A DNA stretch of 64,000 bases from Armatimonadota bacterium. GTDB lineage: Bacteria; Armatimonadota; UBA5829; DTLH01. The position numbers and the translations under genes are program-made. This document shows positions 1 to 9,177 of this stretch, one piece after another. The stretch spans positions 22,863-86,862 of the forward strand of contig JBDKUN010000009.1 in NCBI GenBank assembly GCA_039679675.1. The letters are read 5' to 3'. The notes below the pieces were generated by a model that did not search any database, was not told the origin of the DNA, and worked only from the letters and a program-made list of their open reading frames with translations. Within the stretch, counting starts at the first letter, position 1. The number at the start of each line of letters is the position of its first letter.

Positions 1-25
1 GGAATGCGCGACCCGTTATGCAGGC

Positions 26-2668
26 TTAGTTAAGCTTCTTGTATTCGATCAGAAGCGAGCCGGGAGCCGCAGCCAGCTCCGCGTTGTACTTCAAGAGCTC
101 GCTTCCCTTCATTACCACTTCAGGCTTCGGGTCATAAGACTCGTAGACCGTCACTTTATATTTTGCGTCCGCATCTATCGCCTTCGGATGTATCTGCATG
201 CTCGAATATGGAGATGCCCCACGCCGGAAGACGAATATAGCCCCTTCACCCGTATCCGGCAGGTCGTACTGCCACGCGCACCATGCATCAGGGGCAAGGC
301 CGGGACTGAAGAGCGGGTAGAAGTCGCCGAGAATATATTTTCTCAGCCGTTTGCACTCCGCGATCCCCTGTTTCAGCTGCTCCTTGGGGAAACCGGGAAC
401 ACGGCTGTCGTCATTGAACGAAATCCCTCCGTTGAAGGCGCTCCGAATATAGTAAGGTTCGGCTCCCATCATACCGTTCACCGATAGAGGCACGTAGCGG
501 TTCAGGCTGAGGTTGATGATCTGGCTCAGTATCGCAGTCAGGTCTTTGCTGCGCTGGTTGATCGTCCACACAGCGCAATCTGTGCGCCAGAACGGGATAC
601 TGCGCGAGAGGCTTTCAAGGTCCAGCCTGGTCCCTCCGCCACAGCAGTTATCAATGATCAAGCCGGGGTTTCTTGCAATCAGGTCTTCGTAGAATTTATA
701 GAGTCCCTCGATGCAGCGGATCTCACTTATGCCCAGCCGGTTTGGGCCTGTGTCCACTGACTGCACCGCCTGCAGGTTCATACCTGAATCGACCCTGAAG
801 ATACTCAGCCCAAGCTCCTTTATGACCGAATCAAAGAAATTCGTTGCATATTCCCTCGCTTCAGGGTTTCCGAAATTGAACGAATAGCAGTATCCGTCAT
901 CCGCGCTTGGATTATGAACGACGTTTTTGTCCTTAAGACACCACTCTGGGTGTTCTTTCAGCATTGTCGTGCCGGACATCACCGCTTCTGGCGCAAACCA
1001 CATCAGGAATTCAGGTATTCCCAGGGAATGGGCATACTCTGCGACTGCTTTAGGGCCGTTTGGAAAGCGAGTCTCGTCCCACATGTTGTTTATGGGGAAC
1101 GTCCAGTTGCCCATTCCCTTTGGGAATCCGCGTTTCATATACCATGCGTCCAGCCAGTAATACTCGAACCCTAACCCCTTGGCGGAGTCGAGCCAGCCTT
1201 TTTCTATCTCCTCGTTCGTGCCGTTGCATTCGAACTCGGATGAAGTCATATGCGCTATAGGCGGCATGCAGGCTTTCCTTTGATACCTCGGAATTACATG
1301 GTTTGTCATCGCCCTGCGGAAGTAGTTGTAGCCACGGCTTATGTCGTCACCGCTCCAGAGCACCTGCATAATCCGTGGGCTTCTTATCTCCTCACCCGGA
1401 AGGAGGATTGTATGTAGATCAGTCATCCCTGCGGTCAATCGCACACTGCCGTCTTCCAGCGTGTCGGCTGCGGCGTCCCATTTGCCGGTCCAGCCGATGC
1501 CGTAGACCGCACCTCCGCCGTTCCAGGCAACATCGAAGAACGGACTGACCTCAAATGACGAATTGAGCCCGGTCTGTCCAAACTTGATGCTATTTCCCGG
1601 CTTAAGTCTATCGTTGACCGGCTGGAAATCGTCCCAGGTGAAGTTGATGCACCCCTTGCTGCCATGCATCCTGTGAAGTTCGGGGAGAAACATGTCGTCC
1701 GGGTTCACTGGGCCGCTGTCTGTAAACATTGCGCCAGTGAGGTCTTGCTCGGATTTCATCTTTCTATTTGCAGGCTTGAGTGTGACATCCAGCGCCCGCA
1801 CATTTTCGATGACCGGCGTCTCTTCCATGCCGGTATTCTTGAAATACAACGTCCATGCGACTGCATGACACTCAGAGTAAAGCTGCCCGACGAGCTTAAC
1901 CTGAAGGCCCGTGGCTGGATCGGTGAACTTGCGGGTGTACTGGGTTACATTTCCCGGCAGAGATTCCTTTTCTGTCTCGCTTTTCCAGCTGGAAAGAAAT
2001 TCACGCGAGCTTTTTCCTCCGTAAACAAAGGAAAATGGCATTTCCGTGCTGACTTTCGCCACTCCGGCGATTTCATCGAGCCACAAGGAGCTGCCGTCGG
2101 TAAATGTTATCTTTGCATCGCACCAGTCGGCTTGGTCGCAGTTCACGGTGTCGCCGCCGTCATCCACTTCCAGGGTAAACTCGGTTGCGCCAGCCAAATC
2201 GGCTTTGAATGGGTATGATTTGCCGTCAGCCTTTATCACATCAGTTGAAAAGAGGGTCTTGCCGGCCGTCCTTACGTAAAATCTGACGGAACCGTCCGTG
2301 TTATCTGCGTTGCGGTCCACGCCTATGACTGCGGTGAAGCTCGAAATGGGTTTCGTCATCTTTATCCTTAGCACAGACGGTGAATTGACCCCGATTCCGT
2401 GTTCGAATATCTTATCTCCCAGGCGAAGTTCCCTTCCGACTGCCGAAAGACCGGCTTTGGTGATTCCGGGGCTGTATTCTTTCTCGACGGTAAAGCTATC
2501 AGTCTGCACTACCGTATGTCCTTCCCAAACTGCATCCGCCCAGTTCTGTGCGGGCTGCTTTTCCGGGCCGCCGGAGACTGTAATGTACCCGGACGCACAT
2601 GTTGCGCAAGCGGTAGTGGCCAGAATAAGTATCGACAACAGCACTGTTTCCATCTCTATTCCCCTCAA
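26..2668 (-). CDS. Secreted alpha-galactosidase-like glycoside hydrolase (GH36/GH27 clan) with N-terminal NPCBM domain
   Basis: Signal peptide (true start probably ATG 2653). NPCBM-like segment (FEHGIGVNSPS...DQADWCDA). Catalytic barrel motifs YYWLDAWY, LMWFAPE, FRVD, IDNCCGGGTRLD. Confidence 0.8.
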   Translation of the reverse strand: MRGIEMETVLLSILILATTACATCASGYITVSGGPEKQPAQNWADAVWEGHTVVQTDSFTVEKEYSPGITKAGLSAVGRELRLGDKIFEHGIGVNSPSVLRIKMTKPISSFTAVIGVDRNADNTDGSVRFYVRTAGKTLFSTDVIKADGKSYPFKADLAGATEFTLEVDDGGDTVNCDQADWCDAKITFTDGSSLWLDEIAGVAKVSTEMPFSFVYGGKSSREFLSSWKSETEKESLPGNVTQYTRKFTDPATGLQVKLVGQLYSECHAVAWTLYFKNTGMEETPVIENVRALDVTLKPANRKMKSEQDLTGAMFTDSGPVNPDDMFLPELHRMHGSKGCINFTWDDFQPVNDRLKPGNSIKFGQTGLNSSFEVSPFFDVAWNGGGAVYGIGWTGKWDAAADTLEDGSVRLTAGMTDLHTILLPGEEIRSPRIMQVLWSGDDISRGYNYFRRAMTNHVIPRYQRKACMPPIAHMTSSEFECNGTNEEIEKGWLDSAKGLGFEYYWLDAWYMKRGFPKGMGNWTFPINNMWDETRFPNGPKAVAEYAHSLGIPEFLMWFAPEAVMSGTTMLKEHPEWCLKDKNVVHNPSADDGYCYSFNFGNPEAREYATNFFDSVIKELGLSIFRVDSGMNLQAVQSVDTGPNRLGISEIRCIEGLYKFYEDLIARNPGLIIDNCCGGGTRLDLESLSRSIPFWRTDCAVWTINQRSKDLTAILSQIINLSLNRYVPLSVNGMMGAEPYYIRSAFNGGISFNDDSRVPGFPKEQLKQGIAECKRLRKYILGDFYPLFSPGLAPDAWCAWQYDLPDTGEGAIFVFRRGASPYSSMQIHPKAIDADAKYKVTVYESYDPKPEVVMKGSELLKYNAELAAAPGSLLIEYKKLN

Positions 2669-2797
2669 TTAATACTATTTGCATAATAACCCCGCAGTAC
2701 CAGCCGGACAATGGAGATAATCATTGAGAATATGTCGTATATCATTGCCAATTACGGCTGATAGCTATATAATCGTCTCGTTATACTGGAGATAGTT

Positions 2798-3643
2798 ATG
2801 TCGGATATCACCTCTGGCATGCTCGACCTCATTGTCGAGTCGCTCACTTTTACCATACACGACTGCGGAGTTGTTGAAGTCGGACAGGGCCACGATACCG
2901 GCTGGCGCACGCTGCCCTGCCTGCTCACTGCCTCTACATCTTATGCCGGAACGATTCTGCTTTCCGGCAACCGGGCCATAGAGTACCAGCCGGATGAAGG
3001 AGTATGCATGCCAGCAGGGGTTTTTCACAGGCTTTTTCCGACGGGCGGAATGCGGGGTGTCAGCCGCTGGTCGCACATAGAGTACCGGATGCTTGGCGGG
3101 CTGGATGTCTTTTCTCTTTTCTCTCCGCCGTGTAGATTGGACCGCCATACATCCGAATGCATCGGGGCAATAAACGCGCAGTTGGTTGCTCTGAATACTG
3201 ATAACCTCTCCGTACACAATCACATTAAGAAGGCTTCACTTGTTTTCGATCTCCTGGCGCTTGTAGCGAATATCTCGGAAGAACGCTCCGATTATCAGGA
3301 CATAATATCGGGGGTAAAGCGCCTGTACCCAGCACTGAATTTCATCAACAAAAATTTCCTGGACTGTGTAGACATAAGTGATCTAGCCGCGATGTGCAAC
3401 CTGTCCCGGTCCCGGTTCGATTTTATATTTACAAAGACGGTCGGGACCGCACCCGGCAGATATATTCAGAACCTGAAGCTCAGACGGTCGCAGGTACTCT
3501 TGGCCACATCCGATCTTGCGATTTATGAAGTCGCAAAGCAGTCCGGTTTTCAGGATGTCTTTCACTTCAGCCGGTTGTTCAAGGCACATACGAGCCTGAG
3601 CCCCAGTGCGTATCGGAATCAGATAAGAAACATGATTATGTAG
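2798..3643 (+). CDS. AraC family transcriptional regulator
   Basis: C-terminal double HTH (LAAMCNLSRSRF...GFQDVFHFSRLFKAHTSLSPSAYR). Divergent from the glycosidase. Confidence 0.9.
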   Translation: MSDITSGMLDLIVESLTFTIHDCGVVEVGQGHDTGWRTLPCLLTASTSYAGTILLSGNRAIEYQPDEGVCMPAGVFHRLFPTGGMRGVSRWSHIEYRMLGGLDVFSLFSPPCRLDRHTSECIGAINAQLVALNTDNLSVHNHIKKASLVFDLLALVANISEERSDYQDIISGVKRLYPALNFINKNFLDCVDISDLAAMCNLSRSRFDFIFTKTVGTAPGRYIQNLKLRRSQVLLATSDLAIYEVAKQSGFQDVFHFSRLFKAHTSLSPSAYRNQIRNMIM

Positions 3644-3737
3644 GCCTCCCAAAATATTTTGAAGGTTTACGACAGCAGCAGGGTCTAAAATAACAGGCAT
3701 AAACCTCGTCGTATTAGTGTGAAACGGAGGCTTGATA

Positions 3738-4511
3738 ATGAAAGTAGCTCCAGTCAAGAAATATATTGATCCAAAATATCCCACCAGCCGAATTTTGGAG
3801 GAACATCCTGAACTGCTGAAGCTCGTTCCGAAAAGATGGCAGGGAAATGCAGTGGTGCTCACCGCGCTTGCCAGTGCCTGCATCCTGTCCGCATGCCTGC
3901 AAAAGGGATCTGCTGCAAAACAAGTTTCTAGAACAGACCTGGAGTTCCGACATAGTGAAAAACGGGCAGTATTCCTAGGAGGCAGGGTTATGACCCCACC
4001 CGTTTTTCTCTCAGAGGATGAAGCCAGGGCGGTCATTGTGGACGAAGCAAAACGTGCGAGTATTACATTCAAAGCTGATGGGCAGAAGCTCAGCAAGTCC
4101 AGTGTTCCAGAGTTGAAGCCTTTCCTGCCACTCGTGTTCGACGGATATGATAAGAAACACAAAATATCCTATGAGGTCGTCTCTATGTCGGATTTTAAAA
4201 ACTGGAACAAAAAGATCCAGCCCGCTATACAGTCGTCCTACGGCACAAAAGAAATGGCTAAGCGGCTTAAAGGCGCACTTGTTAAGGTCAAATCAGGGGG
4301 CTACTACGCAGTCTTCTATAGCCCCGGCGAATCTCGTGAAGCTGCAAAGAAGCACTATGGTTACAAGCAACCGGCCTATGACGCAAAGGATGTGGACTGG
4401 CAAGCGGAGAACGCCAAAATTTTGGAAATGACAAAGGACCTGGCAAGAAAAGACCTGCGTAAACAGGTCAAAGACTTCATAAGCTGGCTGAAGGCTGAGG
4501 GAGTTATCTGA
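3738..4511 (+). CDS. Radical SAM-associated exported protein, paralog 1 (putative lipoprotein)
   Basis: GGAGG RBS before ATG 3738. Leader MKVAPVKKYIDPKYPT, hydrophobic stretch ending LSAC, PPVFLSEDEA, and C-terminus QVKDFISWLKAEGVI, all shared with the next two ORFs. Confidence 0.75.
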   Translation: MKVAPVKKYIDPKYPTSRILEEHPELLKLVPKRWQGNAVVLTALASACILSACLQKGSAAKQVSRTDLEFRHSEKRAVFLGGRVMTPPVFLSEDEARAVIVDEAKRASITFKADGQKLSKSSVPELKPFLPLVFDGYDKKHKISYEVVSMSDFKNWNKKIQPAIQSSYGTKEMAKRLKGALVKVKSGGYYAVFYSPGESREAAKKHYGYKQPAYDAKDVDWQAENAKILEMTKDLARKDLRKQVKDFISWLKAEGVI

Positions 4512-4576
4512 TACGAACATTTCTGTCAACAGATGCGTCATAAATCTATGGCATGTTTCGTGATGGAGGCATATTT

Positions 4577-5437
4577 ATGAGAGTTTCTCCTGTCAAAAGC
4601 TATATCGAACCCAAATACCCCACCAGCCGGATTTTGGAAGAACATCCTGAACTGCTGAAGCTGGTTCCGAAGAGGTGGCAGAGGAACGCTGTAGTGCTGA
4701 CAGCTCTTGCGGGTGTCTGCTTTCTTTCGACCGGCTTGAAGGCTCAAACGGATGCGAAATCCTCAAAACAGGCAGTACCAGATAAAAAGCCTGCGGCATC
4801 GAAAGCTATGATAGCTCCCATATTCAAGCATGGCGACGGATTCGGAGCGTTTGGATGTATAGCGGTGAACCCGCCGGTATTTCTTTCGGAAGAGGAAGCC
4901 CGCCAGGTCATTGTTGAAGAAGCCAAGCGTGCAGGGATTATATTCAAAGCCGATGGGCGCGAAGTACGTAACATAAAAATGGAAGTTGTGGACACTGAAA
5001 CCCTTGATGACAGTTACCGCCCAAAGCCAAAGCCCAAGAATCTGAATCTTGTGCTCGATGGTTATGATCAAAAGCACAACATTTCCTATGAATACCTCTC
5101 TGAATCGGATCATAAAGCCTGGAACCTCGATACATCGTGTGGAACCGTGATCGACTACGATATGAAGGGAAATGCGGTAAATCTTGTATCCGCATTAGCA
5201 GCAGCGAAACCCGCTGGGACATTTGCTGTTTTCTACGATCCTTGCATGGGCCGTGTCGAAGTCAAACAGCAACTTAATGGGAAGAGCGATAAGGAAATTG
5301 ACCCCTGGGATTTCAGTAATGAAGGTCCCGAATTTTGGAAAACTGTTGATGTTAAGGCCAAAGATCTTGCACGTGAAGCACTTCGCAATCAGGTCAAAGA
5401 CTTCATAAGCTGGCTAAAGGCTGAGGGAGTTATTTAG
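4577..5437 (+). CDS. Radical SAM-associated exported protein, paralog 2
   Basis: GGAGG RBS before ATG 4577. Same leader and C-terminus as paralog 1; carries HGDGFGAFGCIAVNPPVFLSEEEA. Confidence 0.75.
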   Translation: MRVSPVKSYIEPKYPTSRILEEHPELLKLVPKRWQRNAVVLTALAGVCFLSTGLKAQTDAKSSKQAVPDKKPAASKAMIAPIFKHGDGFGAFGCIAVNPPVFLSEEEARQVIVEEAKRAGIIFKADGREVRNIKMEVVDTETLDDSYRPKPKPKNLNLVLDGYDQKHNISYEYLSESDHKAWNLDTSCGTVIDYDMKGNAVNLVSALAAAKPAGTFAVFYDPCMGRVEVKQQLNGKSDKEIDPWDFSNEGPEFWKTVDVKAKDLAREALRNQVKDFISWLKAEGVI

Positions 5438-5457
5438 ACATCAAGGGAGGCATACCA

Positions 5458-6231
5458 ATGAAAGTAGCTCCAGTCAAGAAATATATCGAACCGAGATATC
5501 CTACCAGTCAGATATTAGAGGAGCATCCTGAATTACTGAAGATTATCCCGAAGAGGTGGCAGGGAAATACAATGGTCTTAACTACCCTTGCGGGGCTCTG
5601 CATCCTGTCCTCATGCCTGCAAAAGGAGTCTGCTGCAAAACAGGCTCCCGGGACAACTCCAGCGTCTCAGCAAGGTAAGAAACGTGCAAGGCTCATGGGC
5701 TTGCCTGCGATACCACCCGTCTTTCTTTCAGAAGATGAAGCCAGAGAGGTCATTGTGGACGAAGCAAAACGCGCAGGAATTACGTTCAAAGCCGATGGAC
5801 ACGAGTTCATCGAGTCCAATACCCCGGAACTAAAACCTTACCTGCCTCTCGTATTCGACGGATATGATGAGAAATACAAAATATCCTATGAGGTCGTCTC
5901 TATGTCGGACTTCAAAAACTGGAATACCATAAAGATCCAACCTGCTATACAGTCGTCCTACGATACGAAAGAAATGGCTAAGCGGCTTAAGGACGCACTT
6001 GTTAAAGCTAAATCGGGAGGCTACTATGTAGTTTTCTATAGTCCCGGCGAATACCGTGAAGCTGCAAAGAAGCACTACGGTTACAAGCAACCGGCCTATG
6101 ACGCAAAGGATGTGGACTGGCAAGCGGAGAACGCCAAAATCTTGGAAATGACAAAGGACCTGGCAAGAGAAGACCTTCGCAATCAGGTCAAAGACTTCAT
6201 AAGCTGGCTTAAGGCTGAGGGAGTTATCTGA
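5458..6231 (+). CDS. Radical SAM-associated exported protein, paralog 3 (putative lipoprotein)
   Basis: Close copy of paralog 1 at both DNA and protein level. LSSC lipobox-like motif. Stop codon 1 nt before the rSAM start. Confidence 0.75.
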   Translation: MKVAPVKKYIEPRYPTSQILEEHPELLKIIPKRWQGNTMVLTTLAGLCILSSCLQKESAAKQAPGTTPASQQGKKRARLMGLPAIPPVFLSEDEAREVIVDEAKRAGITFKADGHEFIESNTPELKPYLPLVFDGYDEKYKISYEVVSMSDFKNWNTIKIQPAIQSSYDTKEMAKRLKDALVKAKSGGYYVVFYSPGEYREAAKKHYGYKQPAYDAKDVDWQAENAKILEMTKDLAREDLRNQVKDFISWLKAEGVI

Positions 6232-6232
6232 C

Positions 6233-7369
6233 ATGCATCTGACACTGCACTTAACGGCGCGATGTAACCTCCGTTGCCGCTACTGCTACGCCGAGCCTCA
6301 TAGCGGCGGCGACATGACGCTCGATACCATAAAATCGGCCATTTCGATGGCCATGAACGATAAAAAGACGCCTGATGAGAGCCTGGGAGTCATATTCTTC
6401 GGCGGTGAGCCGCTCTTGAAGCGCGACCTCATAGCCGAGACCGTCCGGCACTGCCGCCGGATTGAAGCCGAAACAGGCCAGATGTTCCATTTCAAGATGA
6501 CGACGAACGGAACGCTGCTCGATGAGGAGTTTTTGACCAATCCTGACACTTCCGGCATATTCGTCGCCTTGAGCCATGACGGAATACGTTCAGCTCACGA
6601 TATGAACAGGCTGGATGCCGAAGGAAAAGGCTCTTTCGACGCGCTGGAGCCGAAGATCAACCTGCTGCTCTCCCGCAGGCCTTACGCGCCGGTCATGATG
6701 GTCATCACCCCGGATACTGTGCGCTGGTATGCCGATTCGGTGAAGTATCTTTACGGGCGGGGGTTCAAGTATCTCATTTGCTCGCTCAATTATGGCGCGG
6801 AGTGGACCGAGAGACATGTTGCGGAGCTTGGCAGGCAGTATAACAAGCTCGCTGGCTGGTACTATGAGGAGATACTGAAAGAAGAAAAGTTCTATTTCAG
6901 CCCGTTCGAAGTGAAAATAGCCTCGCATGTCTATCCCGGAAGCTGCAAAGCGGAGCGCTGCGAACTCGGAAAGACCCAGATTTCGGTCGCACCGAACGGC
7001 AGGCTGTATCCATGCGTGCAGTTTGTCGGAGATGGCTCTGACGAAAAGTATGCCATCGGCCATGTGAAGCTGGGAGTTGACGAAGAAGCCCGCGCGAGAC
7101 TTTATGCGTGGAACGGGGAGGAAAAATCGACCTGCGCCGAGTGCGCCATACGTGAGAGGTGCAACCACTACTGCGGATGTCTGAACAAGCAGGCCACAGG
7201 GAGTATCGACCAGGTCTCCCCGATGCTCTGCGTCCACGAAAGGACTATTCTCCCGATAGCGGACCGCCTGGCAGAACGGCTGTTCAAGCGGCGAGACCCT
7301 CTCTTCATCCAGAAGCACTACAACGACATGTTCCCGCTGATCTCGCTGGTCGAGGACAGGACGGGGTAA
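6233..7369 (+). CDS. Radical SAM/SPASM domain protein (maturase-like)
   Basis: CNLRCRYC, FFGGEPLL and MTTNGTLL motifs. SPASM cysteines CELG...YPC...CAECAIRERCNHYCGC...C. Confidence 0.9.
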   Translation: MHLTLHLTARCNLRCRYCYAEPHSGGDMTLDTIKSAISMAMNDKKTPDESLGVIFFGGEPLLKRDLIAETVRHCRRIEAETGQMFHFKMTTNGTLLDEEFLTNPDTSGIFVALSHDGIRSAHDMNRLDAEGKGSFDALEPKINLLLSRRPYAPVMMVITPDTVRWYADSVKYLYGRGFKYLICSLNYGAEWTERHVAELGRQYNKLAGWYYEEILKEEKFYFSPFEVKIASHVYPGSCKAERCELGKTQISVAPNGRLYPCVQFVGDGSDEKYAIGHVKLGVDEEARARLYAWNGEEKSTCAECAIRERCNHYCGCLNKQATGSIDQVSPMLCVHERTILPIADRLAERLFKRRDPLFIQKHYNDMFPLISLVEDRTG

Positions 7370-7412
7370 GAGTTCGGAGTTGATGAGTATAACATCATGT
7401 TGAACTACCACA

Positions 7413-7478
7413 ACGTCATTCCGAGCTTGACTCGGAATCCAGGAAAAACTGGACCCTGAATCAAGTTCAGGGTGACGT
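7413..7478. repeat. Palindromic MITE/REP-like element (GTCATTCC...GGAATCCAG...CTGGAC...GGGTGAC type)
   Basis: ACGTCA...TGACGT outer arms. Inner hairpins ATTCCGAG-cttga-CTCGGAAT and CCCTGAA-tcaag-TTCAGGG. Confidence 0.7.
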
Positions 7479-7596
7479 GCTGGTTGTTCAGGGTGATGTC
7501 TTTCCATGATGACAGCTTGATGTACAATCTCTCATTAAGAGTGAACTCCTTACGGTACAAGTTGAACAATGCTCCTGACTTGGGTAAACTGTAGCT

Positions 7597-8682
7597 ATGA
7601 AGCACATCGAACACCGAGATTTTATCCCTAGGCTTGTCTTCTGGGAGACCACTGCTGCATGTAACCTGAAATGTATCCACTGCCGGGCATCGGCTGTCGG
7701 TTCCCGTCCCCCAGGCGAGCTCACGGCTGGGGAATCATTCGCGCTGCTGGACTCCATAGCATCGTTTGCCAGACCTGTCGTAGTCCTTTCGGGCGGAGAG
7801 CCGCTTGTGCGGGAAGACATCTTCGAGATCGCCAATTACGGCGCGTCACTTGGGCTAAGGATGGTGCTCGCGACGAATGGGACGCTCGTGACCCGCGAGA
7901 CCGCGCACCGGATGAAAGAGTCGGGAGTCCAGCGGATAAGCGTGAGCATAGACGGCGCATCGGCTGCAAGTCATGACAGGTTCCGCCGCCAGAGCGGGGC
8001 GTTCGATGCAGCACTGAGAGGTATCGGGCACATCAAGGCCGAAGGCATCCAGTTTCAGATAAACACATCGGTCACAAGGCAGAACCTTGCCGAACTGCCG
8101 GATGTTCTGGACCTGGCGGTAGGTCTGGGCGCGGTCGCACTCCATATATTTCTCCTCGTCCCGACCGGGTGCGGCAAGGAGATAGCAAATGAAGAGATGA
8201 TAACTCCCGGCCAGTATGAAGAGACGCTTAACTGGTTTTATGACAGGTCCAAGGACTCGCCGGTCAAGCTCAAAGCGACCTGCGCCCCTCATTACTTCCG
8301 TATTATGCGCCAGCGCGCGGCGGAAGAAGGGATTAAAATCACTCCTGAGACTCATGGGTTCGAAGCGATGACCAAAGGCTGCCTTGCTGGCACGGCTGTC
8401 TGCTTTGTCTCGCATAGAGGGGATGTATACCCATGCGGCTACCTCCCCGCACTTGCCGGAAATATTCGCGAGACTCCTTTCCCGGAAATCTGGAAGGATT
8501 CGGAGCTGTTCCAGGAGCTGAGGGATGAATCGCTGCTTGAAGGGAAGTGCGGGCTGTGCGAGTTCAAACCAGTCTGCGGCGGATGCAGGGCGCGCGCTTA
8601 CGCTGAGGCAGGCAATTACCGCGCAGAGGAACCTTACTGCCAATATATTCCTTACCAGACCAAAAATGGAGCCGAAAACTGA
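7597..8682 (+). CDS. ahbD: Heme b synthase (AhbD/NirJ-like radical SAM)
   Basis: RLVFWETTAACNLKCIHCRASA, KATCAPHYFR, KGCLAG, CGLCEFKPVCGGCRARAYA. Confidence 0.8.
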   Translation: MKHIEHRDFIPRLVFWETTAACNLKCIHCRASAVGSRPPGELTAGESFALLDSIASFARPVVVLSGGEPLVREDIFEIANYGASLGLRMVLATNGTLVTRETAHRMKESGVQRISVSIDGASAASHDRFRRQSGAFDAALRGIGHIKAEGIQFQINTSVTRQNLAELPDVLDLAVGLGAVALHIFLLVPTGCGKEIANEEMITPGQYEETLNWFYDRSKDSPVKLKATCAPHYFRIMRQRAAEEGIKITPETHGFEAMTKGCLAGTAVCFVSHRGDVYPCGYLPALAGNIRETPFPEIWKDSELFQELRDESLLEGKCGLCEFKPVCGGCRARAYAEAGNYRAEEPYCQYIPYQTKNGAEN

Positions 8683-8924
8683 GCTGCAATACGTGAAAAA
8701 GGCTCTATTTTTATAAAATTTGAAGTTTTTTCTTTTGAAACTCGGTTTCATGCGGTATAATACACCTGACTGCTGGATGTCCTGGAAGGTACGGTCGATT
8801 GGCCCCAGGCTCAGACACAAGAATTGGAAGGTAAAGACGTCCCTGAGGGTACACTAACCATCCCCCATTCTGAACCAGTCTGAGATCCACAGTTATTTAT
8901 TAAAACGTATTGGGGGGTAAGCAA

Positions 8925-9119
8925 GTGGCCCAGGACAAGACACTGGTTTGTCGCGACTGTGGTGGTGAATTCGTATTTACTGCCGGTGAGCAGGAATTCT
9001 TCACAGAGCGCGGTTTCAGTGAGCCGATCCGATGTAAGTCGTGCCGCGATGTTCGCAAAGCGCAGAAGAATGAGCGCGGTGGTGGATTCGGCGGTGGCGA
9101 CCGACGAGATCGCTGGTAA
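8925..9119 (+). CDS. Small CxxC-x17-CxxC zinc-ribbon protein
   Basis: DKTLVCRDCGGEFVFTAGEQEFF...PIRCKSCR. GTG start after a G-rich RBS. Confidence 0.85.
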   Translation: MAQDKTLVCRDCGGEFVFTAGEQEFFTERGFSEPIRCKSCRDVRKAQKNERGGGFGGGDRRDRW

Positions 9120-9131
9120 GCTTATGAAACC

Positions 9132-9162
9132 AAAGGGCGGGGAGATTTCTCCCTGCCCTTAA
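9132..9162. terminator. Rho-independent terminator between convergent genes
   Basis: AAGGGCGGGGAG-attt-CTCCCTGCCCTT hairpin. Confidence 0.7.
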
Positions 9163-9177
9163 TTTATGTACGGATGT

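Noticed and set aside
7597-8682. Second radical SAM as part of the paralog-modifying system
   Set aside because: Its motifs match AhbD heme synthase, and it is separated from the cluster by a palindromic element.
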